This document shows positions 1-20,801 of a stretch of DNA of 64,000 nt, piece by piece (positions within the stretch are counted from its first letter, which is position 1; each line of letters begins with the position of its first letter). Source of the DNA: the human T2T-CHM13v2.0 reference genome, Homo sapiens. Position numbers and translations under genes: made by a program. The stretch lies in NCBI RefSeq assembly GCF_009914755.1, contig NC_060947.1; one strand, given 5' to 3'. The notes beneath the pieces are model-generated. The model made no database searches and had not been told where the DNA came from. It saw only the letters and a program-made list of their open reading frames with translations.

Positions 1-710
1 GTAGCCTGTCTGTTCACTCTGATGATAGTTTCTTTTACTGTGCAGAAGCTCTTTAGTTTAATTATATCCATTTGTCAATTTTTGCCTTTGTTGCAATAGC
101 TTTTGGCATCTTCGTCGTGAAACCTTTGCCTGTGCCTATGTCCTGCATGGTATTGCCTAGGTTGTCTTCCAGAGTTTTTATACTTTTGGATTTTACATGT
201 AAATCATTCATCTATTTTGAGTTAATTTTTGTTTATTGTGTAAGGAAAGGGTCCAGTTTCCATCTTCTGCATATGGCTAGCCAGTTATCCCAGCACCATT
301 TACTGAATAGTGAATTCATTCCCCTTTGCTTGTTTTTGTCAGGTTTGTCTAAGTTCAGATAGTTGTAGGTTTGTGGAATTATTTCTGGGTTTTCTACTCT
401 GTTCCATTGGTCTATGTGTCTATTTTGTATGAACACCATGCTGTTTTGGTTACTGTAGCCCTGTCGCATAATTTCAAGTCAGGTAGCATGAGGCCTCCAG
501 CTTTGTTCTTTTTGCTTAGGATTGCCTTGTCTGTTCAGGCTGTTTTGTTTGTTTTTTTTTTTTTTTTTTTTTTTTTGGTTCCATACGAATTTTAAAAGTT
601 TCTTTTTTTTTCTAGTTCTGTGAAGAATCTCAATGGCAGTTTAATAGGAATAGCATTGAATCTATACATTGTTTGGGGCAGTATGGCCGTTTTTACTATA
701 TTGATTCTTT
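1..710 (-). mobile_element. Old primate LINE-1 (element A), ORF2 3' part; runs off the left window edge and continues at 12882
   Basis: Minus-strand ORF 233..469 reads '[15 protein letters not shown]...[21 protein letters not shown]', which is L1 ORF2. The sequence breaks at ATATTGATTCTTT (698-710) and resumes in register at ATATTGATGCTTT (12882-12894). Confidence 0.9.
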
Positions 711-3265
711 ATGTTAAATTCTGGGGTACATGCACAGGATGTGCAGGTTTGTTACATAGGTAAACGTGTAAAAAGTCATCATTCTTACTGGCATAAGATG
801 CTATCTCATTGTGGTTTTGACTTGCATTTCTCTAATGATCAGTGATGCTGAGCTTTTTTTCGTGTTTGTTGGCTGCATAAATGTTTTCTTTTGAGAAGTG
901 TCTGTTCATGTCCTTTGCCCACTTTTTAATGGGGTTGTTTGTTTTTTCTTGTAAATTTGTTTAAGTTCCTTATAGATTTTGGATATTAGACCTTTGTCAC
1001 ATGGATAGACTGCAAAAATTTTCTCCCATTCTGTAGGTTGTCTGTTCACTCTGATGATAGTTTCTTTTGCTGTGCAGAATCTCTTTAGCTTAGTTAGATC
1101 CCATTTGTCAATTTTTGCTTTTCTTGTGATTGCTTTTGATGTCTTTGTCATGAAATCTTTGTGCATGTCTATGTCCAGGATGGTATTGCCTAGGTTGTCT
1201 TCCAGGGTTTTTATAGTTTTGGGTTTTACATTTAAGTCTTTAATGCATCTTGAGTTAATTTTTGTATAGGGTTATTATTAAATAGGGAATCATTTTTAAT
1301 ATGTGGTGTTGGGAGAACTGGCTAGCCATATGCAAAAATAAGATGTGCAGCCTTATTTCTGAGTTCTCTATTCTGTTCCATTGGTCTATGTGTCTGTTTT
1401 TGTACCATGCTGTTTCAGTTACTGTAGCCTTGCAGTATAGTCTGAAGTCAGGTGGCATGATGCTTCCAGCTTTGTTCTTTTTGCTTAGCATTGTCTTGGC
1501 TATACAAGTTCTTTTTTGGTTCCATATAAATGTTAAAATAGTTTTTTCTAGTTCTGTGAAAAATGTCAATGGTCTTTTAATGGGAATAGCATTGACTCTA
1601 CAAATTACTTTGGGCAGTATGACCATTTTCACAATATTGATTCTTCCTATCCATGAGCATGGCAATGTTTTTCCATTTGTTTATATCCTCTCTGATTTCC
1701 TTGAGTGGTGGTTTGTATTAATAGTTCTCCTTGAAGAGGTCCTTCACTTCACTTGTTAGCTGTATTCCTAGGTATTTTATTCTCTTTGTAGCTATTGTGG
1801 ATGAAAGTTCATTCATGATTTGGCTCTCTACTTGTGTGTTGTTGGTGTCTAGGAATGCTAGTGATTTTTGCCCAATGATTTTGTATCCTGACACTTTGTT
1901 GAAGTTGCTTATCAGCTTACAGAGCTTTTGGACTGAGGCAATGGAGTTTTCTAGATATAGGATGATGTCATCTGCAAACAGAGACAATTTGACTCCCTCT
2001 TTTCCTATTTGAATACCCTTTATTTCTTTCTCTTGCCTGATTGTCCTGGCCAGAAATTTCAATACTATGTTGAATAGTATTTTTTGTGCCCGTTTTCAAG
2101 GAGAATGCTTCAAGCTTCTGCCCATTCAGTGTAATGTTGGCTGTGGGTTTGTCATAGATGGCTCATTATTTTGAGGTATGTTCCTTCAATACCTGGTTAA
2201 TTGAGAGTTTTTAACGTGAAAAAATGTTGAATTTTATCCAAAGCCTTTCTGCATCTATTGAAATAATCATTTGATTTTTGTCTTCAGTTCTATTTATGTG
2301 ACAAGTTACATTTATTGATTTGCATATGCTGAACCAGCCTTGATTCCTGGGGATGAAGCCAACTTGATCATGGTGGATAAGCTTTTTGATGTGCTGCTGG
2401 ATTCAGTTTGTCAGTATTTTATTGAGGATTTTTGCATCAATGTTCATCAGGGATACTGACCTGAAGTTTTCTTTTTTTGTTGTATCTCTGCCAGGTTTTG
2501 GTATCAGGATGCTGCTGGCCTCATAAAATGAGTTAGGGAAGAGTTCCTCCTTTTCAGTTGTTGGAATAGTTTCAGAAGAAGTGGTACTAGCTTCTCTGTG
2601 TACTTTGGTAGAATTCAGCTGTAAATCCATCTGCTCCTGAGCTTTTTTTGGGTAGTAGGCTATTTATTACTGCCTCAATTTCATAACTCATTATTGGTCT
2701 ATTCAGGGATTCAACTTCTCCCTGGTTCAGTCTTGGGAGGGTGTGTGTGTCCAGGAGTGTATCCATTTTTTCTAGATGTTCTAGTTTATTTGCATAGAGG
2801 TGTTTATAGTATTCTCTGAGGGTTGTTTGTATTTCTGTGGGGTCAGTGGTAATATCCCTTTTATCAATTTTTATTGTGTCTATTTGACTATTCTCTCTAT
2901 TCTTCTTTATTAGTCTAGCTAGTGGTCTATATATATTATTAATTTTTTCAAAAAACCAGCTCCTGGATTCATTGATTTGTAGAAGGACTCTTCATGTCTC
3001 TATCTCCTTCAGTTGCACTCTGATCTTGGTTATTTCTTTTCTTCTGCTAGCTTTGGGCTTTGTTTACTCTTGGTTCTCTACTCCTTTTAGTTGAGATATT
3101 AGGTTGTTAACTTGAGATATTTGTAGCTTTTTGATGTGGGCATTTAGTACTACAAATTTTCCTCTTAACACTGCTTTAGCTGCATCCTGGAGATTCTGGT
3201 ACATTATCACTTTGTTCTAATTAGTTTCAAAGAACTTCTTGACTTCTACCTTAATTTTATTATTT
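711..3265 (-). mobile_element. LINE-1 element B (L1PA8-11-like): 3' end and ORF2 RT/C-terminal region, degenerate
   Basis: Starts with an L1 3'-terminus (ctggggtacatgcacaggatgtgcaggtttgttacatagg). Minus-strand ORF2 fragments include '[15 protein letters not shown]' (1718..2062) and '[14 protein letters not shown]' (1255..1665). Confidence 0.9.
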
Positions 3266-4293
3266 GGAGGTGGTTCCAAGATGGCCAAATAAGAACAGCT
3301 CCAGTCTACACCTCCCAGCATGAGTGATGCAGAAGATGAATGATTTTTGCATTTCCAACTGAGGTACTGAGTTCAACTCATTGGGGATTCTCAGACAGTG
3401 GGTGCAGGACAGTGGGTGCAGCACACCGTGGGTGAGCCGAAGCAGGGCGAGGCATCGCCTCCCACAGGAAGTAAAAGGGGTCAGGGAATTCCCTTTCCTA
3501 GTCAAGGAAAGGGGTGACAGACGGCACCTGGAAAATCGGGTCACTCCCACCCTAATACTGTGCTTTTCCGACGGTCTTAGCAAATGGCACACCAGGAGAT
3601 TATATCCCGCGCATGGCTTGGAGGGTCCTACACCCATGGAGCCTCACTCATTGCTAGCACAGCAGTCTGAGATCAAACTGCAAGGCAGCAGTGAGGCTAG
3701 GGGAGGGGTGCCCTCTATTGCTGAGGCTTGAGTAGGTAAACAAAGCGGCCAGGAAGCTCGAACTGGGTGGAGCCCACCACAGCTCAAGGAGGCCTGCCTA
3801 CCTCTGTAGACTCCACCTCTGGGGGCAGGGCATAGCCAAACAAGAGGCAGCAGAAACCTCTGCAGACTTAAATGTCCCTGTCTGACAGCTTTGAAGACAG
3901 TAGTGGTTCTCCCAGCATGCAGCTTGAGATCTGAGAACAGACAGACTGCCTCCTCAAGTGGGTCCCTGACCCCCAAGTAGCCTAACTGGGAGGCACCCCC
4001 CAGTAGGGGCAGACTGACACCTCACATGGCCGGGTATTCCTCTGAGGCAAAACTTCCAGAGGAATGATCAGGCAGCAACATTTGCTGTTCACCAATATTC
4101 ACTGTTCTGCAGCCTCCGCTGCTGATACCCAGGCAAACAGGGTCTGGAGTGGACCTCCAGCAAACTCCAACAGACCTGCAGCTGAGGGTCCTGACTGCTA
4201 CAAGGAAAACTAACCAACAGAAAGGACATCCACACCAAAACCCCATCTGTACATCACCATCATCAAAGACCAAAGGTAGATAAAACCACAAAG
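3266..4293 (+). promoter_or_regulatory. L1 5'UTR internal sense/antisense promoter with YY1 site
   Basis: YY1 motif CAAGATGGCC at 3277-3286, followed by a recognisable L1PA 5'UTR with many CpGs decayed. Activity cannot be judged from sequence. Confidence 0.8.
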
Positions 4294-5310
4294 ATGGGGA
4301 AAAAACAGAGCAGAAAAACTGAAAATTCTAAAAATCAGACTGCATATCCTCCTCCAAAGGGATGCAGCTCCTCACCAGCAATGGAACAAAGCTGGATGGA
4401 GAATGACTTTGATGAGTTGAGAGAAGAAGGCTTCAGATGATCAAACTTCTCCGAGCTAAAGGCAGAAATTCAAACCCATGGCAAAGAACTTAAAAACCTT
4501 GAAAAAAGATTAGATGAATGGCTAACCAGAATAACCAATGCAGAGAGGTCATTAAAGGACCTGATGGAGCTGAAAACCACAGCACAAGAACTACGTGACG
4601 AATGCACAAGCTTCAGTAGCTGATTCAATCAAGTCGAAGAAAGGTTATCAGTGATGGAAGATCAAATTAATGAAATAAAGTGAGAAGAGAAGTTTAGAGA
4701 AAAAAGAATAAAAAGAAACAAGCAAAGCCTCCAAGAAATATGGGACTATGTGAAAAGACCACATCTACATCTGATTGGTGTACCTGAAAGTGACAGGGAG
4801 AATGGAACCAAGTTGGAAAACACTTTTCAGGATATTATCCAGGAGAACTTCCCCAACCTAGCAGGGCAGGCCAACATTCAAATTCAGGAAATACAGAGAA
4901 TGCCATAAAGATACTTCTTGAGAAGATCAACTCCAAGACACATAATTGTCAGATTCACCAAAGTTGAAATGAAGGGAAAAATGTTAAGGGCAGCCAGAGA
5001 GAAAGGTCGGGTTACCCTCAAAGGGAAGCCCATCAGACTAACAGCTGATCTCTCGGCAGAAACTCTACAAGCCAGAAGAGAGTGGGGGCCAATATTCAAC
5101 ATTCTTAAAGAAAAGAATTTTCAACCCAGAATTTCATATCCAGCCAAACTAAGCTTCGTAAGTGAAGGAGAAATAAAATACTTTACAGACAAGCAAAAGC
5201 TGAGCGATTTTGTCACCACCAGGCCTGCCCTAAAAGAGCTCCTGAAGGAAGCACTAAACATGGAAAGGAACAACCGGTACCAGCCACTGCAAAAACATGC
5301 CAAATTGTAA
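4294..5310 (+). pseudogene. L1 ORF1p (RNA-binding chaperone), full 338-codon frame with four premature stops
   Basis: ATG GGG AAA AAA CAG at 4294 and TAA at 5308-5310. In-frame stops are TGA at 4438, 4621 and 4681, and TAA at 4906. C-terminal ORF 4918..5310 reads 'RRSTPRHIIVRFTKVEMK...YQPLQKHAKL'. Confidence 0.95.
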
Positions 5311-5373
5311 AGACCATCGAGGCTATGAAGAAACTGCATCAACTAACGAGTAAAACAACCAGCTAACATCATA

Positions 5374-9195
<3,822 letters not shown>

Positions 9196-9413
9196 ACAAT
9201 GAGAACACATGGACACAGGAAGGGGAACATCACACACCGGGGCCTGTTGTGGGGTGGGGGGAAGGAGGAGGGGGGAGGGATAGCATTAGGAGATATACCT
9301 AATGCTAAATGATGAGTTAATGGGTGCAGCACACCAACATGCCACATGTACACATATGTAACAAACCTGCATGTTGTGCACATGTACCCTAAAACTTAAA
9401 GTATAATTAAAAA

Positions 9414-12400
9414 TGTTTTTTTGTTATTCACCAGGAGCCATTCAGGAGCACATTGTTTAATTTCCATGTTGTTGTGTGGTTTTGAGTGAATTTCTTAATC
9501 TTCAGTTCTAATTTGATTTTGCTGTGGTCTGAGAGATTGTTTTTCATGATTTCAATTCTTTTACATTTGCAGAGGAATGTTTCACTTCTAATTATGTGGT
9601 CAGTTTTAGAGTAAGTGCCATGTGGTGCTGAGAAAAATGCATATTCTGTTGTTTTGGGGTGAAGAGTTCTATAGATATCTTGATCCCCACTTGATATCTG
9701 GATATCCCCACAAGATATCTGGATCCACTTGATCCAGACCTGAGTTCAAGTCTTGAATGTCTTTGTTAATTTTCTATCTCAATGATCTGTCTAATATTAA
9801 CAGTGGGGTGTTAAAATCTCCCACTATTATTGTGTGGGAGTCTAAGTCACTTTGTAGGTCTCTAAGAACTCGTTTTATGAATCTGGGTGCTCCTGTATAG
9901 AGTACATATATATTTAGGATAGTTAGGTCTTCTTGTTGAATTGAACCCTTTACCATTATGTAATGCCTTTCTTTGTCTTTTTTGATCTCTGTTGATTTAA
10001 AATCTGTTTGGTCAGAAACCAGGATTGCAACTCCTGCTTTTTTCTGTTTTCCATTTGCTTGGTAAATTTCCCTCCATCTCTTTATTTTGAACCTATGTGT
10101 GTTTTTGCATGTGAGATGGATTTCTTGAATACAGCACACTGATGGGTCTTGACTCTTTATCCAGCTTGCCATTCTGTGTCTTTTAATTGAGACATTTAGC
10201 CAATTTGCATTTAAGGTTAATATTGTTATGTGTGAATTTTATCCTGTCGTTATGATGCTAGTTGCTTATTTTGCAGACTTGTAATGTAGTTGCTTCATAG
10301 TGTCATTGGTCTGTGTATTTCAGTGTGTTTTTGTAGTGGCTGGTAACAATTTTTCCTTTCCATATTTAGTGCTTCCCTCAGGAGCTCTTTCAAGGCAGGC
10401 CTGATGGTGACAAATTCCCTCAGCATTTGCTTGTCTGAAAAGGATTTCATTTCTCCTTCACTTATGAAGCTTAGTTCATCCAGATATGAAATTCTGAGTT
10501 GGAAATTCTTTTCTTAAGAATGGTGAACATTAACCGCCAACTTCTTCTGGCTTGTAGGGTTTCTGCTGTGAGATCTGCTGTTAGTCTGACGGGTTTCCCA
10601 TTGTAGGTGACCTGGCCCTTCTCTCTTAACATTTTTTCCTTCATTTCAACCTTGGAGAATCTGATGATTATGTGTCTTCAGGTTGATCTTCTCATGGAGT
10701 ATCTTAGTGGGGTTCTCTGGATTTCCTGAATTTCAATTTTAGCCTGTCTTGCTAGGTTGGGGAAGTTCTCATGGATGATATCCTGAAGTATGTTTTCCAA
10801 CTTGGTTTTGTTCTCCCTGTCTCTTTCAGGTATCCCAATCAGTCATAGGTTTGGTCTTTTCACATAGTTCTCAGAGGTTTTGTTTGTTCCTTTTTATTTT
10901 TATTTTTTTTCTAATCTTGTCTGTCTGTTTTATTTCAGAAAGATAGTCTTCAAGCTCTGAGATTATTTCCTCCACCTGGTCTATTTGGGTATTGACACTT
11001 GTGGTTTCATTGTGAAGTTCTTGTGTTGTGATTTTCAGCTCCATCAGGTCATTTATGTTCCTCTCTAAACTGGTTATTCTGGTTAACAGCTTGTATTAGT
11101 TCATTTTCACATTGCTGATAAAGATATACCCAAGACTGGGAAGAAAAAGAGGTTTAATTGGACTTACAGTTCCACATGGCTGGGGAAACCTAAGAATCAT
11201 GGTGGATGGTGAAAGGTACTTCTTGCATGGTGGTGGTAAGGGAAAAATGAGGAAGATGGAAAAGTGGAAACCCCTAATAAAACCATCAGATCTTGTGAGA
11301 CTTATTCACTACCATGAGAACAGTATGGGGGAAACCACTCCCATGATTCAAGTTATCTCCCACCAGGTCCCTCCTACAACATGTGGGAATTATGGGAATA
11401 CAATTCAAGAGATTTGGTTGGGGACACAGAGACAAACCATATCACAGCTCCTGTAATGTTTTATCATGGTTCTTAGCTTCTTTGCATTGGGTTAGAACAT
11501 ACTCCTTTAGCTCAGTGAAGTTTGTTATTGTCACCTTCTGAAGCCTACTTCTGTCAGTTCATCCATCTCAGCCTCAGCCCAGTTCTGTGCCCTTGCTTGA
11601 GAGATGTTGCGATCATTTGGAGGAAAAAAGGCACTCTGACTTTTTGAGTTTTCAGCATTTTTGTATTGATTCTTTTTCATCTTCATGAGCTTATCTACCT
11701 TCAATCTTTGAGGCTGCTGACCTTGGATGGGGTTTTTGTGGGGTCTGTTTGCTGATTTTGTTGTTGCTTTCTGTTTGTTTTTCTTTTAACAGTCAGGCCC
11801 CTCTTCTGTAGGGTTGTTGCAATTTGCAGGGGGCCTACTCCAGACCCTATTTGCCTGGGTCCATCCCACACCTGGAGGTGTCACCAGTGATCCTGCAGAA
11901 CAGCAAAGATGGCTGCCTGTTCCTTTCTCTGGGAGCTCCATTCCAGAGGGGCACCAACCTGATATCAGTGGGAATGCTCCTGTATAAAGTGTCTGGCGAC
12001 CCTGTTGGGGGGTCTCACCAAGTCAGGAGGCACGGGATTAGGGACCCACTTAATGAAGCACTCTGGCTGCCCCTTCGTGGAGCAGGTGCACTGCACTGTG
12101 GGGAACCTCCATCTTCTGGACTGCCCATACTCTTCAGAGCCAGCAGGCAGGAAAGACTAAGTCCTCTGAACCATGACCACCCCTCCCCCGCAGGGCCTCC
12201 GTCTCATGGAGATCAGAGTTCTGTCCATAAACCCCTAGCTGGAGTTGCTGAAATTCTCCCAGGGATGTCCTGCCCAGTAAGGAGTAATTATTCTGGGTCC
12301 CACTTAAAGAAGCAGTCTGGCCATGATCTGCCACAGTTGCTGTGCTGTGTTGTGGGGAATTCCTCCCAATCTAAACCACCCAGTCTCCCCAGCACCAGCA

Positions 12401-12880
12401 GGGGAAAATGGCAGACTGGAGCTGCAGTGACGGCAGCCACCCCTCCCCCTGGGTAAATTGGTGGTCTTAGGCAGTATCCAGTCTGCTGCCACTGGCCACA
12501 ACCCAAGTGGTTGCCAAGCATCTGCACAGCTCTGTGCTTGGGACCCAAGGCCCTGGTGGCATGGTCTCATGGGGAGATCTGATCCTTGGGTTGCACAGAT
12601 CCATGGTAAAAACGTGGTTTCTTTGGCAAGGTAGCGCAATCACTCACTGTCTCCCTTGGCTGAGGGTGGGAGCTCCCCTTGCCCCATGTGGCTCCCAGGT
12701 GGGCCGTTGCTCCATTCTGCTTTTCCTTGCTCTCTGCCGGTCATGCCAACTGTCTAGTCAGTCCCAATAAGAGAACTTGGATACCTCAGGTGAAGGTGCA
12801 GGATTCACTCACCATTTTTATTCTTCTCAGTAGGAGCCACCAATGGTAACTGCTTCTAGTCAGCCATCTTGGCCCCTCTC
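9414..12880 (-). mobile_element. LINE-1 element B continued: endonuclease region, ORF1 and 5'UTR to its 5' end
   Basis: Minus ORF 9774..10172 reads '[14 protein letters not shown]...VGDFNTPL'. The 5' end on the minus strand is GAGAGGGGCCAAGATGGCTGACTAGAAGCAG, starting at 12880 beside the TSD copy. Confidence 0.9.
11092..11444 (-). mobile_element. THE1 (ERVL-MaLR, THE1A/B-like) solo LTR
   Basis: 353 bp with termini TGTATTAGT...AAACCATATCA. Perfect 5-bp TSD CAGCT at 11087-11091 and 11445-11449. Confidence 0.93.
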
Positions 12881-12881
12881 A

Positions 12882-17680
<4,799 letters not shown>

Positions 17681-19626
17681 CATGGTATATCTTTTTCCAT
17701 CTTTTTACTTCCAACCTTTCTGTATCTTTGAATATAAAATGTGTCTCTTGTAGACAGAATAGTTATGTTTTTAAAAAATTATGGACTGCCAATCTGCCTT
17801 TTGATTGGAGAGCTTACACAATTCACATTTAATGTTATTATTGATATGATTTTATTTATATCTGCCATTTTGCTATTTGTTTTGTACCTGTGTCATGTCT
17901 TTTTGGGTTCCTCTTTACCCCCCTTTAATGCCTTATTTTTTTTTTTTTGTTAAACCAATATTTTCTAGCACAGTATTTTAATTTCTTTTTTGGTTCTTGA
18001 CTATATTTTTTGAGGTATTTTCTTAAGGGTTGCTCTGAGGGTTACTATATAGATCTTAATTTGTCACTCTTTCTTTCAATTAATGCTAATCCAAATAAAA
18101 TATAAAAACTTTTTTCCAATAGAGATTCATTTACTCCTCCTACCCTCTGCTTTTGTTGGAATATATATTATACTTTTATATGCTTTGCTAAAATAATTAA
18201 ATTGAAAGCCATTAGAGGGAGGTGGCTTTAATGTCCTCCATTCCTACATAAAGAAACTGAAACCTAACTAAGAATTTTAAAGAAAACCAAACGTAAGCTC
18301 AAGCAATCACAGATGCCGATTTGGTATTAGTTATATTGTCTTGAACTTTCCCATAGGGATTATCTAAATAAGGCAATTATTCAAAATTTAATTAATCAAA
18401 TAACTTCTTTGCTCTGCTTCCACATTCACCCTATAAAAGCCTTCCCTCTCTTCCCTTTAAACAGAATCTTGAACCACTTCTGGTTTGGAGCAGACCGATT
18501 CATTAATTGCTGTCTGCTCAAATAAATTCTTTCAAATTTTAACGTTCCAAAGTTTGTCAACAGTTCTAAGCCTAAAAATAGTTTTATAATATTGCTTTGA
18601 ATTATGCTTTGAATTAGTTAAGAGAAGGAAGTCACACTTTTCTGGGTTTTTTTTCCATGTCTCATAATTTTTTGTTGAAAAATGTATTTTTGAAAATAGT
18701 ATATTCTAGCAAATCTGAATTCTGGTTCCTTTCCTCCACACCCAGGAGTAGATGTTGATCGTTGTTAATTGTTTAGCCTCTTGCAAGGACTATTTCTGTG
18801 GAGAATGTTTTTCCCTCAGTGTGTAGCTGTTGATTTCTCTGTGAAGTTGTTTTCTTAATTTTATTTTGTTTTTAATTTTTAAGCCTAACCTCCTAGGAGT
18901 CATTCTTGGGTCAGCAGTGCAGCACAGCTTAGTGATCAGCCAAATATTGCTCAGAGGTTGTGCTTAAACACATTAGGAAGTAAGATGTCTACCCTTTGCT
19001 GATGGATTTGTGTGCTGCTTGGGGAAAGGATTCAACATTCAGACATCTTACAGGTCTATTACAGCCTTTGCCTTTCTGCACTTACACAGCATCACAGTTA
19101 TCCAGGAATAAGTAACTCACTAAGGCTCTCTCCAGTCCCTCCTGAGCATGAACACTGTGCTGTGCACACACACTCAGTCTCCCAGACCCCCAGGGATATT
19201 TGACAACTTATCAAGGCCCACTATGGCTATCTTATTCTCACCATCAAATTTCTTGCTGTTATGCTGTTCTATTGTTTGTCCCAACTAGTACCATGATCTC
19301 AGGCTAGCTGTGGTGTTAGCCCCTCCCAATTATTTGCCACTGAGATCACTGTTGTTTTCCAAAATACCCCTCAGCATGGTTTTTCTGTGCTCCAATACAA
19401 ATCAAGCACAGCTCCCTCACGGAGCTGAGAAGAAATAGGAGCAGCACCAGACTAAAATGCCACAGAATCACACTGTTGCTGCCTAAATGCTTCTCAATTT
19501 GATGTTTGACTTTAGTCAATTTCCAGAGTCCTGATATGGTTGTTTTTGTTAATTTTATCCAGTTTTATTATTGCTTTTGATGGAGAGGACTTACTGAGCT
19601 CTTCACTCCACCATTCTGGAAGTCCT
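17681..19626 (-). mobile_element. Ancient L1M fragments (ORF2 start, inter-ORF and 5' region), interrupted by an LTR
   Basis: 'catggtatatctttttccatc...tcttgtagacag...cacatttaatgttattattgatatg' is typical L1M antisense sequence. It ends in an L1M-like 5' terminus, ccaccattctggaagtcc. Confidence 0.6.
18186..18562 (+). mobile_element. ERV1-class solo LTR (LTR54/MER57-like)
   Basis: Termini TG(C)TAAAATAATTAA...AACA, TATA-like CCTATAAAAG near 18430 and polyA signal in GCTCAAATAAA near 18520. Family name is from recollection only. Confidence 0.65.
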
Positions 19627-20631
19627 GTCCCCTGGTCGATGCAATTTTATCTCTGATTAGGACATTGATGTGTTGAGCATCCTAATGCTCTTGTGCTTCT
19701 TCTAGTTTCTGAAAATTACCTCTTATTTGTGGATTGTTACCTTAGGCTTAGAGTGAATTTGGCAGACTTATATAATGTCAGTATGAACTTCATTGTTTTG
19801 TTAATTAATTGTGTCACACTCATTCTGGTTATTAACCCCTAATTATTGTGGCACCATTTTGAGGAAGGGAGTAATTTTAGGGATTGGCTCACTTTTTACC
19901 TAAACCCTAGTTGATGTAACAATAATATAGCATTTGACAATTAGCTAGGTCAGATATGGACCAGATGCACAAGAAATCTGCGAATTTTTGTTTCTGATGT
20001 CTTTCCGCTTGGAAACCTCTTCTCTTCCCACAAACCTTTAAACTCAGCTGAAGAGAAAATGCCATTTCCAAGAAGGTATCTTGGATGTTTATTGTTCAGA
20101 ATTAAGCCCTCCTCACCTTATATTACCAAAAGAGTTTGCTGATCGACTATTTGAGGGGATTGCTTTCTTCTCTTCTCCCTGGATTCTCTTTCCCAATTTA
20201 CTCTTCATGGGAGAGAAGTTGTTTAATATGATTGATAAGCTTGGGGCAAATAAACTGGGCAACCTCAGCTCAGCTCTGCCGTTTTTCTCCTTGAGGGCAA
20301 TCCTACTTTTGGGTAGCAGAAGATCTCTGGAACTCAGTAGCATAGTTTTGACCCAATTTTGCCTGTGACAGAGTGAGTTAATCTGCCTAATTAGTTGGCT
20401 ATACCCTCCTATTTAGCCTTTATTAGTGATAAAAGTTCGTAATTTGGCCTCTCAATCATTCTTTTACATTTTTTTTCTCAAATTACTCAAAATCTCTTGA
20501 GGGTGTGGAAAGAAAGAGAGACTATTTATTTGACCCTCTTGTAGAGCACAGCAAAGATTTTAATATCTCATAATTCAGGTGGCTTTTTACCATGAATATA
20601 GTAGTTATTATTGAAGCACACTTTCCTCTAG

Positions 20632-20801
20632 AACATTGCTACACAAACAGTGGTACAGGGGCCAGGTACATTAGTATCATATGTGATCTTCTTAAAAATG
20701 GAAAATATTGGTCCTGACCCCAGATTTAAAAAGTTACAGCCTTCATTTTAACAAGATCTCCACTGCAGATTTAGGTGCACATGAACATTTGAGAAGCACT
20801 G
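20632..20801. mobile_element. MER5-type hAT-Charlie MITE
   Basis: The 3' half 'ttttaacaagatctcc...gcacatgaacatttgagaagcactg' is characteristic of MER5. Confidence 0.6.

Noticed and set aside
11824-12770. 210-aa and neighbouring ORFs as a host gene
   Set aside because: They lie in the GC-richer 5'UTR of L1 element B. Overlapping ORFs on both strands with no recognisable domain are what chance gives in such sequence.
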